A stretch of 64,000 bases of DNA from assembly GCA_041664265.1 (NCBI GenBank), contig JBAYLD010000003.1:7988-71987 (forward strand), given 5' to 3'. Of the stretch, positions 54,845-64,000 are shown one piece after another (position 1 is the stretch's first letter; each line of letters starts with the position of its first letter). The DNA is from Minisyncoccota bacterium. Lineage in GTDB: Bacteria > Patescibacteriota > Minisyncoccia > Phycocordibacterales > Phycocordibacteraceae. A model generated the notes under the pieces. It had not been told where the DNA came from. It made no database searches and saw only the letters and a program-made list of their open reading frames with translations. The position numbers and the translations under genes are program-made.

Positions 54845-55667
54845 AACAAAGAAATCACTCGGGCAGAATTTTTTGATGCATACGCGCATCGCAGAGCGAA
54901 TTGCTGATGCGGCCAAGCTCGCATCGGATGCGACTGTGCTCGAGATCGGTCCGGGGACGGGGATGCTCACGCGAGAACTTTTGAAAAAAGCGAAAAAAGT
55001 AATCGCAGTTGAGGCCGACCAAGAACTTTTTGAAAAACTACAGGCTGATTTTGCAAGTGAAATCGCCTCTGGTCAGCTCGAGCTCATCTACGGCGACATC
55101 CGCAACGTGTACCTTAATTTACGCTATAGCGTAAAAGATGGTACATCTGAAAAGTATGAAATAGTGGCGAATATTCCGTATTATCTGACCGGGGAGATTT
55201 TCAGAATGTTCCTCACGGCCGAGCATCAGCCAAGCTCGATGACGCTCTTGGTGCAGAAAGAGGTTGCGGAGAGAATAGCGCGGAGCAACCCCGACGCGAA
55301 GCGGTCGGGGCCCCGACCAAAGCGTCGGGGGAAAGAATCAATTCTCTCGCTCTCGGTTAAGGCGTTTGGGATGCCAAAGTATGAATTCACGGTCCCGCGC
55401 GGCGCCTTCATGCCCGCACCCAAGGTAGATTCTGCAGTGCTCGCTATCCGCGACATCTCGCGCAAGAATTTTGCCTCGCACGCCCAAGAGGAACAATTTT
55501 TCAAACTTTTGCACGCCGGATTCGCTCATAAGCGCAAATTTGTCCGCAAAAATCTCTTGGAGGCTTCGCTTCCGCAAGGCGAGATCCCAGAGAAGGCTCG
55601 TGCCGAGGATGTACCGCTTGAAACATGGCTTGCTTTGAGCAAGGTCGAGGGGCTCGCAACTCTGTAG
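54828..55667 (+). CDS. rsmA: 16S rRNA (adenine1518/1519-N6)-dimethyltransferase RsmA/KsgA, with a palindromic repeat element copy embedded in-frame
   Basis: GQNFL, EIGPGTG SAM motif, ANIPY motif. Confidence 0.9.
   Translation: MTIFHKTKKSLGQNFLMHTRIAERIADAAKLASDATVLEIGPGTGMLTRELLKKAKKVIAVEADQELFEKLQADFASEIASGQLELIYGDIRNVYLNLRYSVKDGTSEKYEIVANIPYYLTGEIFRMFLTAEHQPSSMTLLVQKEVAERIARSNPDAKRSGPRPKRRGKESILSLSVKAFGMPKYEFTVPRGAFMPAPKVDSAVLAIRDISRKNFASHAQEEQFFKLLHAGFAHKRKFVRKNLLEASLPQGEIPEKARAEDVPLETWLALSKVEGLATL
55107..55146. repeat. Palindromic repeat element copy C (GTGTACCTTAATTTACGCTATAGCGTAAAAGATGGTACAT), degenerate right arm, inside rsmA coding sequence (encodes ...VYLNLRYSVKDGT...)
   Basis: Left arm and core identical to copy A at 1097-1125. 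Confidence 0.8.
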
Positions 55668-55716
55668 ACAACCGCTTCTTTCCAGTAAGGAGACTGCTAT
55701 ACTTTAAAGCGATACT

Positions 55717-56754
55717 ATGGGGAGGATTCTCGAACATTGGCGTATACCTGCCGCGGTGCTTTTTTCGGCGATGCTGATTGTGGGCGCATACCTGTTTGCG
55801 CGCGGTATCGGGTCGCCTTCTACCGCAGAGGCTTCAGCCGAATCGGCGCTCCTAAAGGCGATCGCGACGAAGGATTCAGATGCCGACGGTCTCCCTGATT
55901 GGGAGGAGGCGCTGTATGGCTCTGATCCGCGCACTATTGATTCTTTCAACCTCGGAATGACTGATGGCGAAGCAGTTGCGAGAGGTCTGGTTGTGCCAAA
56001 GGCTATTGCTAATATAAAAGTCGCGACCTCAACCGCGTCAGGTGCGTTTATTGCGGACGATTCGCTTCCGCCCGCTCCCGCAGAAGGAACTATCACCGCC
56101 GCATTCGCAAAAAATTTCTTCACGCTCTACCTTGCTGCAAAGCAGGCAAACGGCGGCGCGGATCTCTCTGAAGCGGAGATAACCGATATTTCTGATCGGG
56201 CGCTGAGTTCGCTCTCGTCGTCGGTCACCGCCACGCCCGATTTCAAGTCAACGAGTGACCTCAAAATTTCAGGATCTGGCGCGGATGCCCTACGGGCCTT
56301 TGCGGTGAGCGCAGAGGCGATCCTTCTGAAGAACACCAGCAGCGCGACGACTAGCGAGATCAATTATCTTCGGTACGCGGTTGAAGGCGATGATGCAGTA
56401 GCGCTGTCACACATCATCTCGATAGCGAAGGCATACCGGAACTCTGCAGCCGGGCTCTCGGTGCTCTCGGTGCCTGCCGAGCTTGCGGCAGACGATCTCG
56501 CACTCATCAATGCGATGGCGCGGGTGAGCGAGATAACGACCGACTTCGCGCGCGTGGAGACCGACCCGATGGCAACCATGCTCGCACTCCAGCAGTATCC
56601 GCAGGCGGTGCTCGCACTTGGTACTGCCTTTATCAACATCGGCAGGATATACGCGACCGCCAGCATCACCTTGCCCGCCGGTTCGCCGGGTGCCTCTTTC
56701 GCCAATCTCATGGTAGATGTTGCGAACCAGCAGGCCGTTGCTAAAAAGCCATGA
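55717..56754 (+). CDS. Membrane-anchored hypothetical protein (N-terminal TM + ~310-aa extracytoplasmic Ala/Ser-rich domain); VirB8-like topology
   Basis: TM AAVLFSAMLIVGAYLFA; topology only. Confidence 0.45.
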   Translation: MGRILEHWRIPAAVLFSAMLIVGAYLFARGIGSPSTAEASAESALLKAIATKDSDADGLPDWEEALYGSDPRTIDSFNLGMTDGEAVARGLVVPKAIANIKVATSTASGAFIADDSLPPAPAEGTITAAFAKNFFTLYLAAKQANGGADLSEAEITDISDRALSSLSSSVTATPDFKSTSDLKISGSGADALRAFAVSAEAILLKNTSSATTSEINYLRYAVEGDDAVALSHIISIAKAYRNSAAGLSVLSVPAELAADDLALINAMARVSEITTDFARVETDPMATMLALQQYPQAVLALGTAFINIGRIYATASITLPAGSPGASFANLMVDVANQQAVAKKP

Positions 56755-58508
56755 AATCGCGCCCTCTCGCCACCACGTTCGCGATATTCCTCGCCCTTAC
56801 GCTCCTAGCTCCTTCTGTTTTCCTCATAGCACCGCAGAGAGCGCGAGCACAATGGACGGTAAACGTGAATTCCGATATATCCATCCCCAGTATCAAAACA
56901 ATGGTGGAGAGCACTATCAGCGCCATTAAAAATAGCATTACGGCCGTTGCAACAGTGACGAGTGCGGCCGCGAATACGGCGATGCAGATCAATGACTATG
57001 TACTCCAACCGCTCGCGTTCGCGGTGTCGGGAGATTTGTTGAGAGCTATAACTTCAGGTGTTATCGCGTTTGTTATCGGTAAGGCAAACAGTACTGGCTT
57101 GCCGCAGTTTATCACCGACCTGCAAGCCTCTATGCAGACGGTGGGCGATTCGCAGGCGCTGGCATTCTTCACCCAATGGGAGAGGAATTCAAAATCGCCC
57201 TTTGCTTCATCAATTGCTTCGTCACTTCGCGCAAACTATCTCCAGAATACGAGCATGGCGGGATTCTGGGCCGCCAACATGGACACGCTCTCGAGATCGT
57301 CAAAAGACGCGAATAGGTTCCTCGCGGGCGACTGGTCGCAAGGAGGCGCGGGAGCCTGGTTCGCGCTCACGACCCAAGACCAAAACAATCCCTATGCTCT
57401 TTATAGGAGAGCACAAGGCCAGCTTGGTTCGCTCGTAAGCAGTGCCCAAACGACTCGCACCACCGAGCTTAATTGGGGGCAGGGAATGATGTCGTGGTGC
57501 GGGGGCGACACAGGTGCCTCTAATGTCTCTTTGTTGGCGAAGGGTGTCAGTTCGGGAGATCCTTGCACCAACGCTGACGGCACGCCGGGCACGATTAGAA
57601 CCCCTGGTTCGGTCATCTTGGCATCGCTCAACAAGGCGCTTGGGGCCGATCAGGATCAGGTGGCTCGCTTAGGTAATGTTGGCCCGGAGATCAACGGCAT
57701 ATTGAGGAATATCGCGACAGTGGCACAAACAGTCCAGTTTGGATCGCAATTACTCGGTGGTTCCGGATCGGGGGGTCTCTTTGGTGTCGGACAATCTTCT
57801 GGGGCGAATCAGACCTCCCGACTCGCTCAGTATCAGAGCGCGTCAGGAAGTATGGGCGTCACCGGATCCCAAGTCATCCAAAACTCGTCAACGTATCTGC
57901 CTTCTAGTGCCGATATGTCGAGCCGGCTCGCAGAATATCAGACATCGTGGGATACGATCAGGGTCGCGACGAGTGCAGCATCAGACGGTGTTATCGCACT
58001 CGCGGGGTACTGCACTGATCAGGCGAAAGCCGCGCAAGACCTTATGGAAGGGAGGTACGCAGGTGACCCTTATGCGATAGAGATTCTCGACCAATTCATC
58101 ACGACGGCGAGCAGTACGCGGGTAAGTGCGCATGTGGCTCTCTCAAGCCAAGTCGCATCGGCGTTTGATCAAATAGCCAAGGCAGATGCGATTAGGGCGG
58201 CTGCGGCCGCTATGGTGGAGCGCGTGAAAGATGAAGCGAATAACACGAATACCAATCCGGATGCATACACTGCCGATGTACAGGCGCTCCAAACAATGGC
58301 ACCAACCGCCGGAGACGCCGGCAACGCGTTACAAGATGCTCAAGCCTTCGGGTCAGCAGCAGCGAATCCTGCAGGGTCGCTTACTGTGTCGGGCGGCTCA
58401 CTGATCGACCGGATGAACCTCATTACGCAAAATGCCCTTGCGCTTAAGAGTGCGTGCGATCTACCATCGGGGACTGCTTTACTTGCTCCGCCTACTAATT
58501 TCGACTAG
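56751..58508 (+). CDS. Secreted hypothetical protein (signal peptide, 585 aa, Ser/Ala/Gly-rich)
   Basis: Signal peptide ending ...PQRARAQ; no motif. Confidence 0.5.
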   Translation: MKSRPLATTFAIFLALTLLAPSVFLIAPQRARAQWTVNVNSDISIPSIKTMVESTISAIKNSITAVATVTSAAANTAMQINDYVLQPLAFAVSGDLLRAITSGVIAFVIGKANSTGLPQFITDLQASMQTVGDSQALAFFTQWERNSKSPFASSIASSLRANYLQNTSMAGFWAANMDTLSRSSKDANRFLAGDWSQGGAGAWFALTTQDQNNPYALYRRAQGQLGSLVSSAQTTRTTELNWGQGMMSWCGGDTGASNVSLLAKGVSSGDPCTNADGTPGTIRTPGSVILASLNKALGADQDQVARLGNVGPEINGILRNIATVAQTVQFGSQLLGGSGSGGLFGVGQSSGANQTSRLAQYQSASGSMGVTGSQVIQNSSTYLPSSADMSSRLAEYQTSWDTIRVATSAASDGVIALAGYCTDQAKAAQDLMEGRYAGDPYAIEILDQFITTASSTRVSAHVALSSQVASAFDQIAKADAIRAAAAAMVERVKDEANNTNTNPDAYTADVQALQTMAPTAGDAGNALQDAQAFGSAAANPAGSLTVSGGSLIDRMNLITQNALALKSACDLPSGTALLAPPTNFD

Positions 58509-58509
58509 C

Positions 58510-60588
58510 ATGCCGCGCGCGCTCATCACCTCGTTTGCCATCCTGACGCTCGCGCTCGGCTCTATGGGCGCGTACGCCCCTGTTGTGAATGCCGCTCCCG
58601 CAGCGCAGGCCGATGCCAAAACGGTCGATGGCACAAATAAGCCGAAAGTAGAAACACCACAACAACAACAGGACGATGCCTACAACAGTGTCATGATCAA
58701 AATCATGGGTCTTTTCGCGTGGCTCCTGGGCGTCGCGGTGATTACGCTCGATTATGCGGTGTACTACACCGTCGTGAAGATGGGCTCCTATATAAACAGT
58801 CTCTCCGCCATCGGCGTCGCCTGGCGGATCCTGCGCGACCTGGGCAATATCGCGCTCATATTCGGCTTCCTCGCGATCGGCATCAACACCATTCTCGGAG
58901 AAAATTATTACGGCTGGGGCCAGAAGCTGCTCCCGAAATTGCTCATAGTCGCGGTGTTTATCAACTTCTCGCTCTTTATATCCGAGGCGGTGATCGACAC
59001 AGGGAATCTCTTTGCGACGCAATTTTACACGCAGATCAACGGTGGGGTATTACCGACGGCGGATTCTTTGTCCGGGAAGACTCTCCAGAATATCCAAAAT
59101 GAAGGCATCTCGAACAAGATAATGGCCCAGTTGGGAATGCAGAATATTTATAGCGATGCACTCGTCAATAAAGCTGTGTTTCAAGGTCCGAATCCATGGT
59201 TCATCGGCTTCATGGGCATTTTGCTTTTCATCGTTGCGGCGTTCGTGATGTTCTCGCTCGCGTTCATTCTCATCGCACGTTTTGTCGCGCTCGTGTTTGT
59301 CATCATCCTCTCTCCCCTCGGTCTCGCCGGTCTCGCGATACCCAATCTCTCGGGTGTAGCAAGTCAATGGTGGGATACGCTCGTGAAGCAAACCATCACT
59401 GCGCCCGTCTTGCTCCTCATGCTCTATATCGCGCTCGCGGTTATCACTGACGTGCAGTTCCTCACCGGTCTTGGGGTGGAGGGTGCCAGCGCCGGAGCGG
59501 CGACGGGGTTCATTAATGGTGCCAATCTGGCCGGCTTCGCCGGTTTCATCCTCTCCTTCTTGGTGGCGATGGGGCTCCTGCTCGTGGTGACGATATATGC
59601 GAAAAAACTATCCGCCTTCGGCGCTGGCTGGGCGACAAAGGCCGCCGGTACTGTCGTGGGTGGGGCGGTCGGCTACGGTCTCGTCGGCGGCGCGTCGCTC
59701 GTTGGTCGTGGAACGTTTGGCCTTGCTGGTCGTGCACTCAACAACAAGGGCGTTCAGGCGCGTGCCGCAGGCGGCGGATTCGGCGGTGCCCTAGCGAAGG
59801 GGTTTGCATTCACCGGTCGGAAACTTGAAAATCGAACCTATGACCTGCGCAATGTGAAGACCGTCGGCAGGGTGGGCGGCGCGATCTCGGGTGCGCTCAG
59901 CTCTGGCCAGCTCGGCGGGTCCGGATTCGAAGCGGTCGGCGGCGGGATGGGGAAGGGTGCCACGGTTACTGCCAAGCAGGCGGTTGACAAGACGATCGAA
60001 GGGTACAAGTACATCAAGCCGTTCTCGGGTGACTGGTGGCGCGACCAGCAGAAAGAATATGAAAAATCGGCTGCTGAACGAGATCGCAAGAAAGTCGTGG
60101 CGGATTCGAGCAGTCCGGAATTCGTAAAAACCATCAAGAAGATGTCTGCCGATGAGCTCTCTGAACTCAAGGGCATTCGAGGAGCTTTGGACAAGTATGT
60201 TACTGCTCTTTCTCCAGCAAAATATTCTGAGTTGCAGAAGAGCGATAAGTTATTAAAGAGCGAAAAGGGGAATCTGAAAACTGCTTGGAACGAGCGTTTC
60301 AGCTCGACAAACGCGGCGTCAACACTTAGTACGTTCACTCCAGAAGAGATCGCTTCACTCGATGCAGATATTCTCAAGAGACCGGAGGTTGCTTCGAACC
60401 TTGGAGTACGCGAAATGGAAGCCATTCGTAACAAAAAGACACTCGATATGGATCAGCGCCGTGCGGTCCACGCAACTATTCAGGCTCAGGCGGCAAGTGA
60501 TCCCGCGTATAAAGCCACAATCGATGCCTACTTTGCTGATCCTAAGAACAACATAGGCAGCAAGAGAAAAGAATATTGGGACGTATAA
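58510..60588 (+). CDS. Polytopic membrane protein (signal peptide + ~6-7 TM + Gly-rich segment + ~250-aa soluble C-terminus); VirB6/TrbL-like candidate
   Basis: Hydropathy by eye; architecture matches VirB6/TcpH-like T4SS channel components; start at MPRALITS inside ORF 58432-60588. Confidence 0.4.
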   Translation: MPRALITSFAILTLALGSMGAYAPVVNAAPAAQADAKTVDGTNKPKVETPQQQQDDAYNSVMIKIMGLFAWLLGVAVITLDYAVYYTVVKMGSYINSLSAIGVAWRILRDLGNIALIFGFLAIGINTILGENYYGWGQKLLPKLLIVAVFINFSLFISEAVIDTGNLFATQFYTQINGGVLPTADSLSGKTLQNIQNEGISNKIMAQLGMQNIYSDALVNKAVFQGPNPWFIGFMGILLFIVAAFVMFSLAFILIARFVALVFVIILSPLGLAGLAIPNLSGVASQWWDTLVKQTITAPVLLLMLYIALAVITDVQFLTGLGVEGASAGAATGFINGANLAGFAGFILSFLVAMGLLLVVTIYAKKLSAFGAGWATKAAGTVVGGAVGYGLVGGASLVGRGTFGLAGRALNNKGVQARAAGGGFGGALAKGFAFTGRKLENRTYDLRNVKTVGRVGGAISGALSSGQLGGSGFEAVGGGMGKGATVTAKQAVDKTIEGYKYIKPFSGDWWRDQQKEYEKSAAERDRKKVVADSSSPEFVKTIKKMSADELSELKGIRGALDKYVTALSPAKYSELQKSDKLLKSEKGNLKTAWNERFSSTNAASTLSTFTPEEIASLDADILKRPEVASNLGVREMEAIRNKKTLDMDQRRAVHATIQAQAASDPAYKATIDAYFADPKNNIGSKRKEYWDV

Positions 60589-60595
60589 TTGAATT

Positions 60596-61198
60596 ATGAA
60601 AGACCTTACTCCAGAAGAAGCAGGGCGGTGGATGACGGCAGTGCCGCTCTTGGTACAAGAAGCGGTTACGAGCCCCTCGACCCAGCAGGTTCTTGAACAG
60701 ATAGGCAGGCAGTATGCGCTGCATGTTGATGTGCTTGATACTCTCGTGAAGCTTACGAGCTACATGCTCCTTGGCTATGTGGGGCCGGAAGAATTTTTGC
60801 AAGAAATGCGCGCGGCGCGCGTCGCAGATCAGCAGGCGCGGCAGATCATCGGCGACATAAACCAGAAGATATTTATGCCGCTTCGCCTGAAAATGATGCA
60901 AGCGACCGTAGCGCCAGCTTCGCCGAAGCCAGTGATCCCTCAGCCGCGGCCGGTGCAGACGAGTGTTCCGATGCCAAAGTATGCTCCGCCGGTAGCCCAG
61001 AGGCCGATGATTGCCGCCGCGCCCGCAAATGATGAGAAGCTGCTTGAAGATCACGAGGAGCCTCATATTGATATTAAAAAAGAGGTGCCGGCTAATCTTC
61101 CCGGAGTCATCCACATCGAACCTCAAAAGCCGGTTGCCCCAATTCCTGAACGGCCCTACTCTATCGATCCCTATCGCGAGCCGATTGATAGAAAATAG
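60596..61198 (+). CDS. Hypothetical protein with Pro-rich C-terminal half
   Basis: ORF with PKPVIPQPRPVQ... region; no motif. Confidence 0.45.
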   Translation: MKDLTPEEAGRWMTAVPLLVQEAVTSPSTQQVLEQIGRQYALHVDVLDTLVKLTSYMLLGYVGPEEFLQEMRAARVADQQARQIIGDINQKIFMPLRLKMMQATVAPASPKPVIPQPRPVQTSVPMPKYAPPVAQRPMIAAAPANDEKLLEDHEEPHIDIKKEVPANLPGVIHIEPQKPVAPIPERPYSIDPYREPIDRK

Positions 61199-61299
61199 CC
61201 TCGACGGCGGGGGCCAAGGCCCCAACCGCAAGACTCGGAGTTGCATTTCCGCGTGCCCTTATATATAGTGCTTATATCCCGCGTTCGCGGGCTTTCTAA

Positions 61300-61710
61300 A
61301 TGGCTACCATCAATCAACTCTCGAAGAGAGGCCGTAAGAACAAAGCGTCAAAGACGAGCGTGCTTGCGCTCGCCCGTGGCTTTAACGCGCTCAAGAACCG
61401 CCCGACCTACTACCCCTCGCCCTTCAAGCGCGGCGTCTGCACCAAGGTGACCACCAAGACCCCGAGGAAGCCGAACTCAGCCATCCGCAAGATTGCTCGA
61501 GTGAAGCTCACCAACGGCATGGAGGTTACCGCCTATATCCCCGGTATGGGACACAACCTCCAAGAGCACTCGGTCGTGATGCTCCGTGGCGGTCGCGTGA
61601 AGGACATCGGCGTGCAGTACACAATCGTGCGTGGCAAGCTTGACGCAAGCGGCGTCGACAAGCGCCGCCGCGGCCGCTCGCGCTATGGCGCGAAGCGTCC
61701 GAAGGCGTAA
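61300..61710 (+). CDS. rpsL: 30S ribosomal protein S12
   Basis: ATINQL..., [21 protein letters not shown] signatures. Confidence 0.95.
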   Translation: MATINQLSKRGRKNKASKTSVLALARGFNALKNRPTYYPSPFKRGVCTKVTTKTPRKPNSAIRKIARVKLTNGMEVTAYIPGMGHNLQEHSVVMLRGGRVKDIGVQYTIVRGKLDASGVDKRRRGRSRYGAKRPKA

Positions 61711-61750
61711 CATTTCAATATTTAAACTTTTAAACATTTAAATTTTCCCT

Positions 61751-62215
61751 ATGCGCCGACCCCTTAAACATAAAAGAACGTGGCGTCCCGACCTCAAATA
61801 CGGTTCGGAGACACTCTCCCGCTTTATTAATGCCGTCATGTGGAATGGTAAGAAGGACACGGCGCGTACGATTGTGTATGACGCCTTGGCGGTTATAGAG
61901 AAGGATGGTGCAAGTCCGCTCGAGACTTTTGAGTCAGCGTTGCGCAACGTATCGCCCTTGATGGAGGTGCGTTCGCGTCGCGTCGGCGGTGCGAACTATC
62001 AGGTGCCGCGCGAGGTCCCGCAGGCGCGCCGTCTCGCGCTCTCATTCCGTTGGCTCATCAACGCCGCCCGCGCTAAGAAGGGTAAGCCGATGGCGGAGAA
62101 GCTTGCGACCGAGCTCCTCTTGGCCGCCAAGAACGAGGGTGATGCAATCAAGAAGAAGGACGAGATGCATCGCATGGCAGAAGCCAACAAGGCCTTTGCT
62201 CACTTCGCGTGGTAA
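61751..62215 (+). CDS. rpsG: 30S ribosomal protein S7
   Basis: Conserved S7 core (RRVGGANYQVP), follows rpsL. Confidence 0.95.
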   Translation: MRRPLKHKRTWRPDLKYGSETLSRFINAVMWNGKKDTARTIVYDALAVIEKDGASPLETFESALRNVSPLMEVRSRRVGGANYQVPREVPQARRLALSFRWLINAARAKKGKPMAEKLATELLLAAKNEGDAIKKKDEMHRMAEANKAFAHFAW

Positions 62216-62328
62216 ACTTTGAAGACAAAGTTTCCTCCCTGCGCTCGCTCGGAAAAATGAAATAAGAATTTCATTTTCTCCTCGCTCGCTTGGTAGTAAG
62301 CAGAATTATTATTTCAGTAATTATTTTT

Positions 62329-64000
62329 ATGAATCGCGACTATCCTCTAGAAAAAGTCCGTAACTTCGGCATCATCGCTCACATTGATGCGGGGAAGACG
62401 ACCGTCTCCGAGCGCATACTTTTTTATACCGGCAGCCAGCACAAGATCGGTGAGGTGCACGAGGGCGAGACCACGACCGACTGGATGGAGCAGGAGCGCG
62501 AGCGCGGCATCACGATTACCTCTGCCGCCATAACCTGTTTCTGGACGAAAACGAGCGAGAAGGACAAAAAAGATACCGCGAAGAAGCACCGTTTCAATAT
62601 TATCGACACTCCCGGACACATCGACTTTACCGCCGAGGTGCAGCGCTCCATGCGTGTCTTGGACGGCGCTATCGTCGTTTTCGACGGCGTGTCGGGTGTC
62701 GAGCCGCAGTCAGAGACTAACTGGCGCTATGCCGACGACGCGAGTGTGCCGCGCCTCTGTTTCATCAACAAGCTCGATCGCACGGGTGCATCCTTTGAAC
62801 GCTCCTACGCGAGCATTCTCGACCGGCTCTCGCCCAAGGCTATCCGCATGCAGATCCCGATCGGCGAAGAGGGTCAGCACGAGGGCTCGGTCGATCTCTT
62901 GACCATGAAGGCGTACACCTTCACCGGGAACATGGGCGAAGAGGTGATCGAGGGCGAGATCCCCGAAAATTTGCTCGAAGACGCGAAGAAGTATCGCGCT
63001 GAGCTTATCGAGCGCATCGTCGAGCAGGATGACGCGGCTATGGGTGCGTATCTGGACGGCAAAGAGCCGTCGCTTGAGGAGCTGAAGGCTATTCTCCGCA
63101 AAGCAGTCATCAACAACGATATTTTCCCTGTTTTCACCGGTTCTGCGCTCAAAAATAAAGGTGTCCAGCTCGTGCTCGACGCAGTGGTGGACTACCTCCC
63201 GTCCCCTCTGGATCTTAAGCCCGTTACCGGTATTAACCCGAAGACAGGGGAGCCAGTCGAGCGCCACGCCTCTGACGATGAGCCGTTCTGCGCGCTCGCC
63301 TTCAAGCTCCAGACTGACCCGTTTGTCGGGGCGTTGACCTTCTTCCGCGTCTATTCTGGTACGCTCGCGGCTGGTTCGTATGTCTACAACTCAACCACGG
63401 GGACGAAAGAGCGCGTGGGCCGCATTGTGCGCCTGCAGGCTGATAAGCGCGAAGAGGTCGCGCAGGTTTTTACCGGTGAAATCGCCGCCGCGGTGGGCTT
63501 GAAAGATACCAAGACCTCGCACACGCTCTGCGATGAGGCGAATCCGATCATTCTTGAGCAGATCAAGTTCCCGGAGCCGGTGGTGTCACTTCGCATCGAG
63601 CCGAAGACGAAAGCCGACCAGGAGAAGATGGGTATCGCGCTCCGCAAACTCTCTGATGAGGATCCGACCTTCCGCATAAAGACTGATGAAGAGACTGGCG
63701 AGACTATCATCTCCGGCATGGGCGAGCTGCACTTGGAAATTCTCGTCGAACGCATGCGGCGTGAATTCAATGTCGTTGCTGATGTGGGTAAGCCGCAAGT
63801 GGCATATCGCGAAACGATTCTTGGCTCAGCCGAGGCTGAGGGCAAATATATCAAGCAGACGGGTGGTCGCGGCCAATATGGTCATGTGAAGATCAAGATG
63901 AAGAAGATGGAGCCGATCGAGGAGGGGGCGAAGATTTCAAAAAATATCACTCGCGAAGACCACTTCGAGTTCATCAACAACATCAAGGGCGGTGTCGTCC
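62329..64000 (+). CDS. fusA: Elongation factor G (3' partial, continues beyond window; not in ORF track because no stop in window)
   Basis: [26 protein letters not shown]1 motif, DTPGH, NKLD; str operon order rpsL-rpsG-fusA. Confidence 0.9.
   Translation, partial: MNRDYPLEKVRNFGIIAHIDAGKTTVSERILFYTGSQHKIGEVHEGETTTDWMEQERERGITITSAAITCFWTKTSEKDKKDTAKKHRFNIIDTPGHIDFTAEVQRSMRVLDGAIVVFDGVSGVEPQSETNWRYADDASVPRLCFINKLDRTGASFERSYASILDRLSPKAIRMQIPIGEEGQHEGSVDLLTMKAYTFTGNMGEEVIEGEIPENLLEDAKKYRAELIERIVEQDDAAMGAYLDGKEPSLEELKAILRKAVINNDIFPVFTGSALKNKGVQLVLDAVVDYLPSPLDLKPVTGINPKTGEPVERHASDDEPFCALAFKLQTDPFVGALTFFRVYSGTLAAGSYVYNSTTGTKERVGRIVRLQADKREEVAQVFTGEIAAAVGLKDTKTSHTLCDEANPIILEQIKFPEPVVSLRIEPKTKADQEKMGIALRKLSDEDPTFRIKTDEETGETIISGMGELHLEILVERMRREFNVVADVGKPQVAYRETILGSAEAEGKYIKQTGGRGQYGHVKIKMKKMEPIEEGAKISKNITREDHFEFINNIKGGVV

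Noticed and set aside
1-64000. Integrated prophage or conjugative element hallmarks (integrase, relaxase, terminase, capsid)
   Set aside because: Only a XerC/D-type recombinase (chromosome dimer resolution context) is present; no phage structural or relaxase genes were recognised, so the T4SS-like genes are treated as chromosomal.

Overview
The window is a dense, high-GC (~57-60%) stretch of small-genome bacterial chromosome, about 90% coding, and it spans the replication origin: dnaN<-dnaA | rpmH->rnpA->yidC. Gene content (ComEC, ComM, a type IV pilus operon, T4SS-like VirB4 components, tRNAs without encoded CCA plus a CCA-adding enzyme) fits a Patescibacteria/CPR-like or similarly reduced bacterium; that placement is inference only.

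Housekeeping genes recognised from motifs: ruvB-yebC-ruvC, class A PBP, dnaN, dnaA, rpmH, rnpA, yidC, M50 protease, rpmB, Fe/Mn SOD, ComEC, NUDIX, RNase HI, recJ, HIT, pgk, tpiA, nusA, ppa, clpP, rny, hup, rarA, a trypsin-like protease, yraN, cca, xthA, xerC/D, rpsO, NYN protein, DksA-like, comM, LysM-M23 peptidase, pcrA/uvrD, a RelB/RelE-type toxin-antitoxin pair, rsmA(ksgA), rpsL-rpsG-fusA, and four tRNAs (Gly-TCC, Pro-TGG, Gly-GCC, Arg-TCG).

Accessory or unusual content:
1. A type IV pilus operon (pilB-pilC-two prepilins-PilX-like) plus a second partial PilB/GspE paralog at the window start.
2. A T4SS-like locus next to the origin in which VirB4 appears split into an N-domain ORF and an ATPase ORF, with VirB3-like, VirB2-like and other membrane or secreted proteins.
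3. A second membrane/secreted cluster at 55.7-61.2 kb with a VirB6/TrbL-like polytopic protein.
4. A family of perfect palindromic repeat elements (core CGCTATAGCG), one copy lying in-frame inside rsmA.
5. Two near-identical promoters (TTGACA-16-TATACT) that share an upstream 17-mer and frame a two-gene hypothetical module.
6. Tandem heptanucleotide repeats at the pilC/pilin junction, a candidate phase-variation site.
7. A low-GC islet between two tRNAs, and several uncharacterised proteins.

CDS coordinates follow the supplied ORF track, with starts adjusted where motif evidence supports it. Hand-derived coordinates for RNAs and motifs may be off by 1-2 nt.
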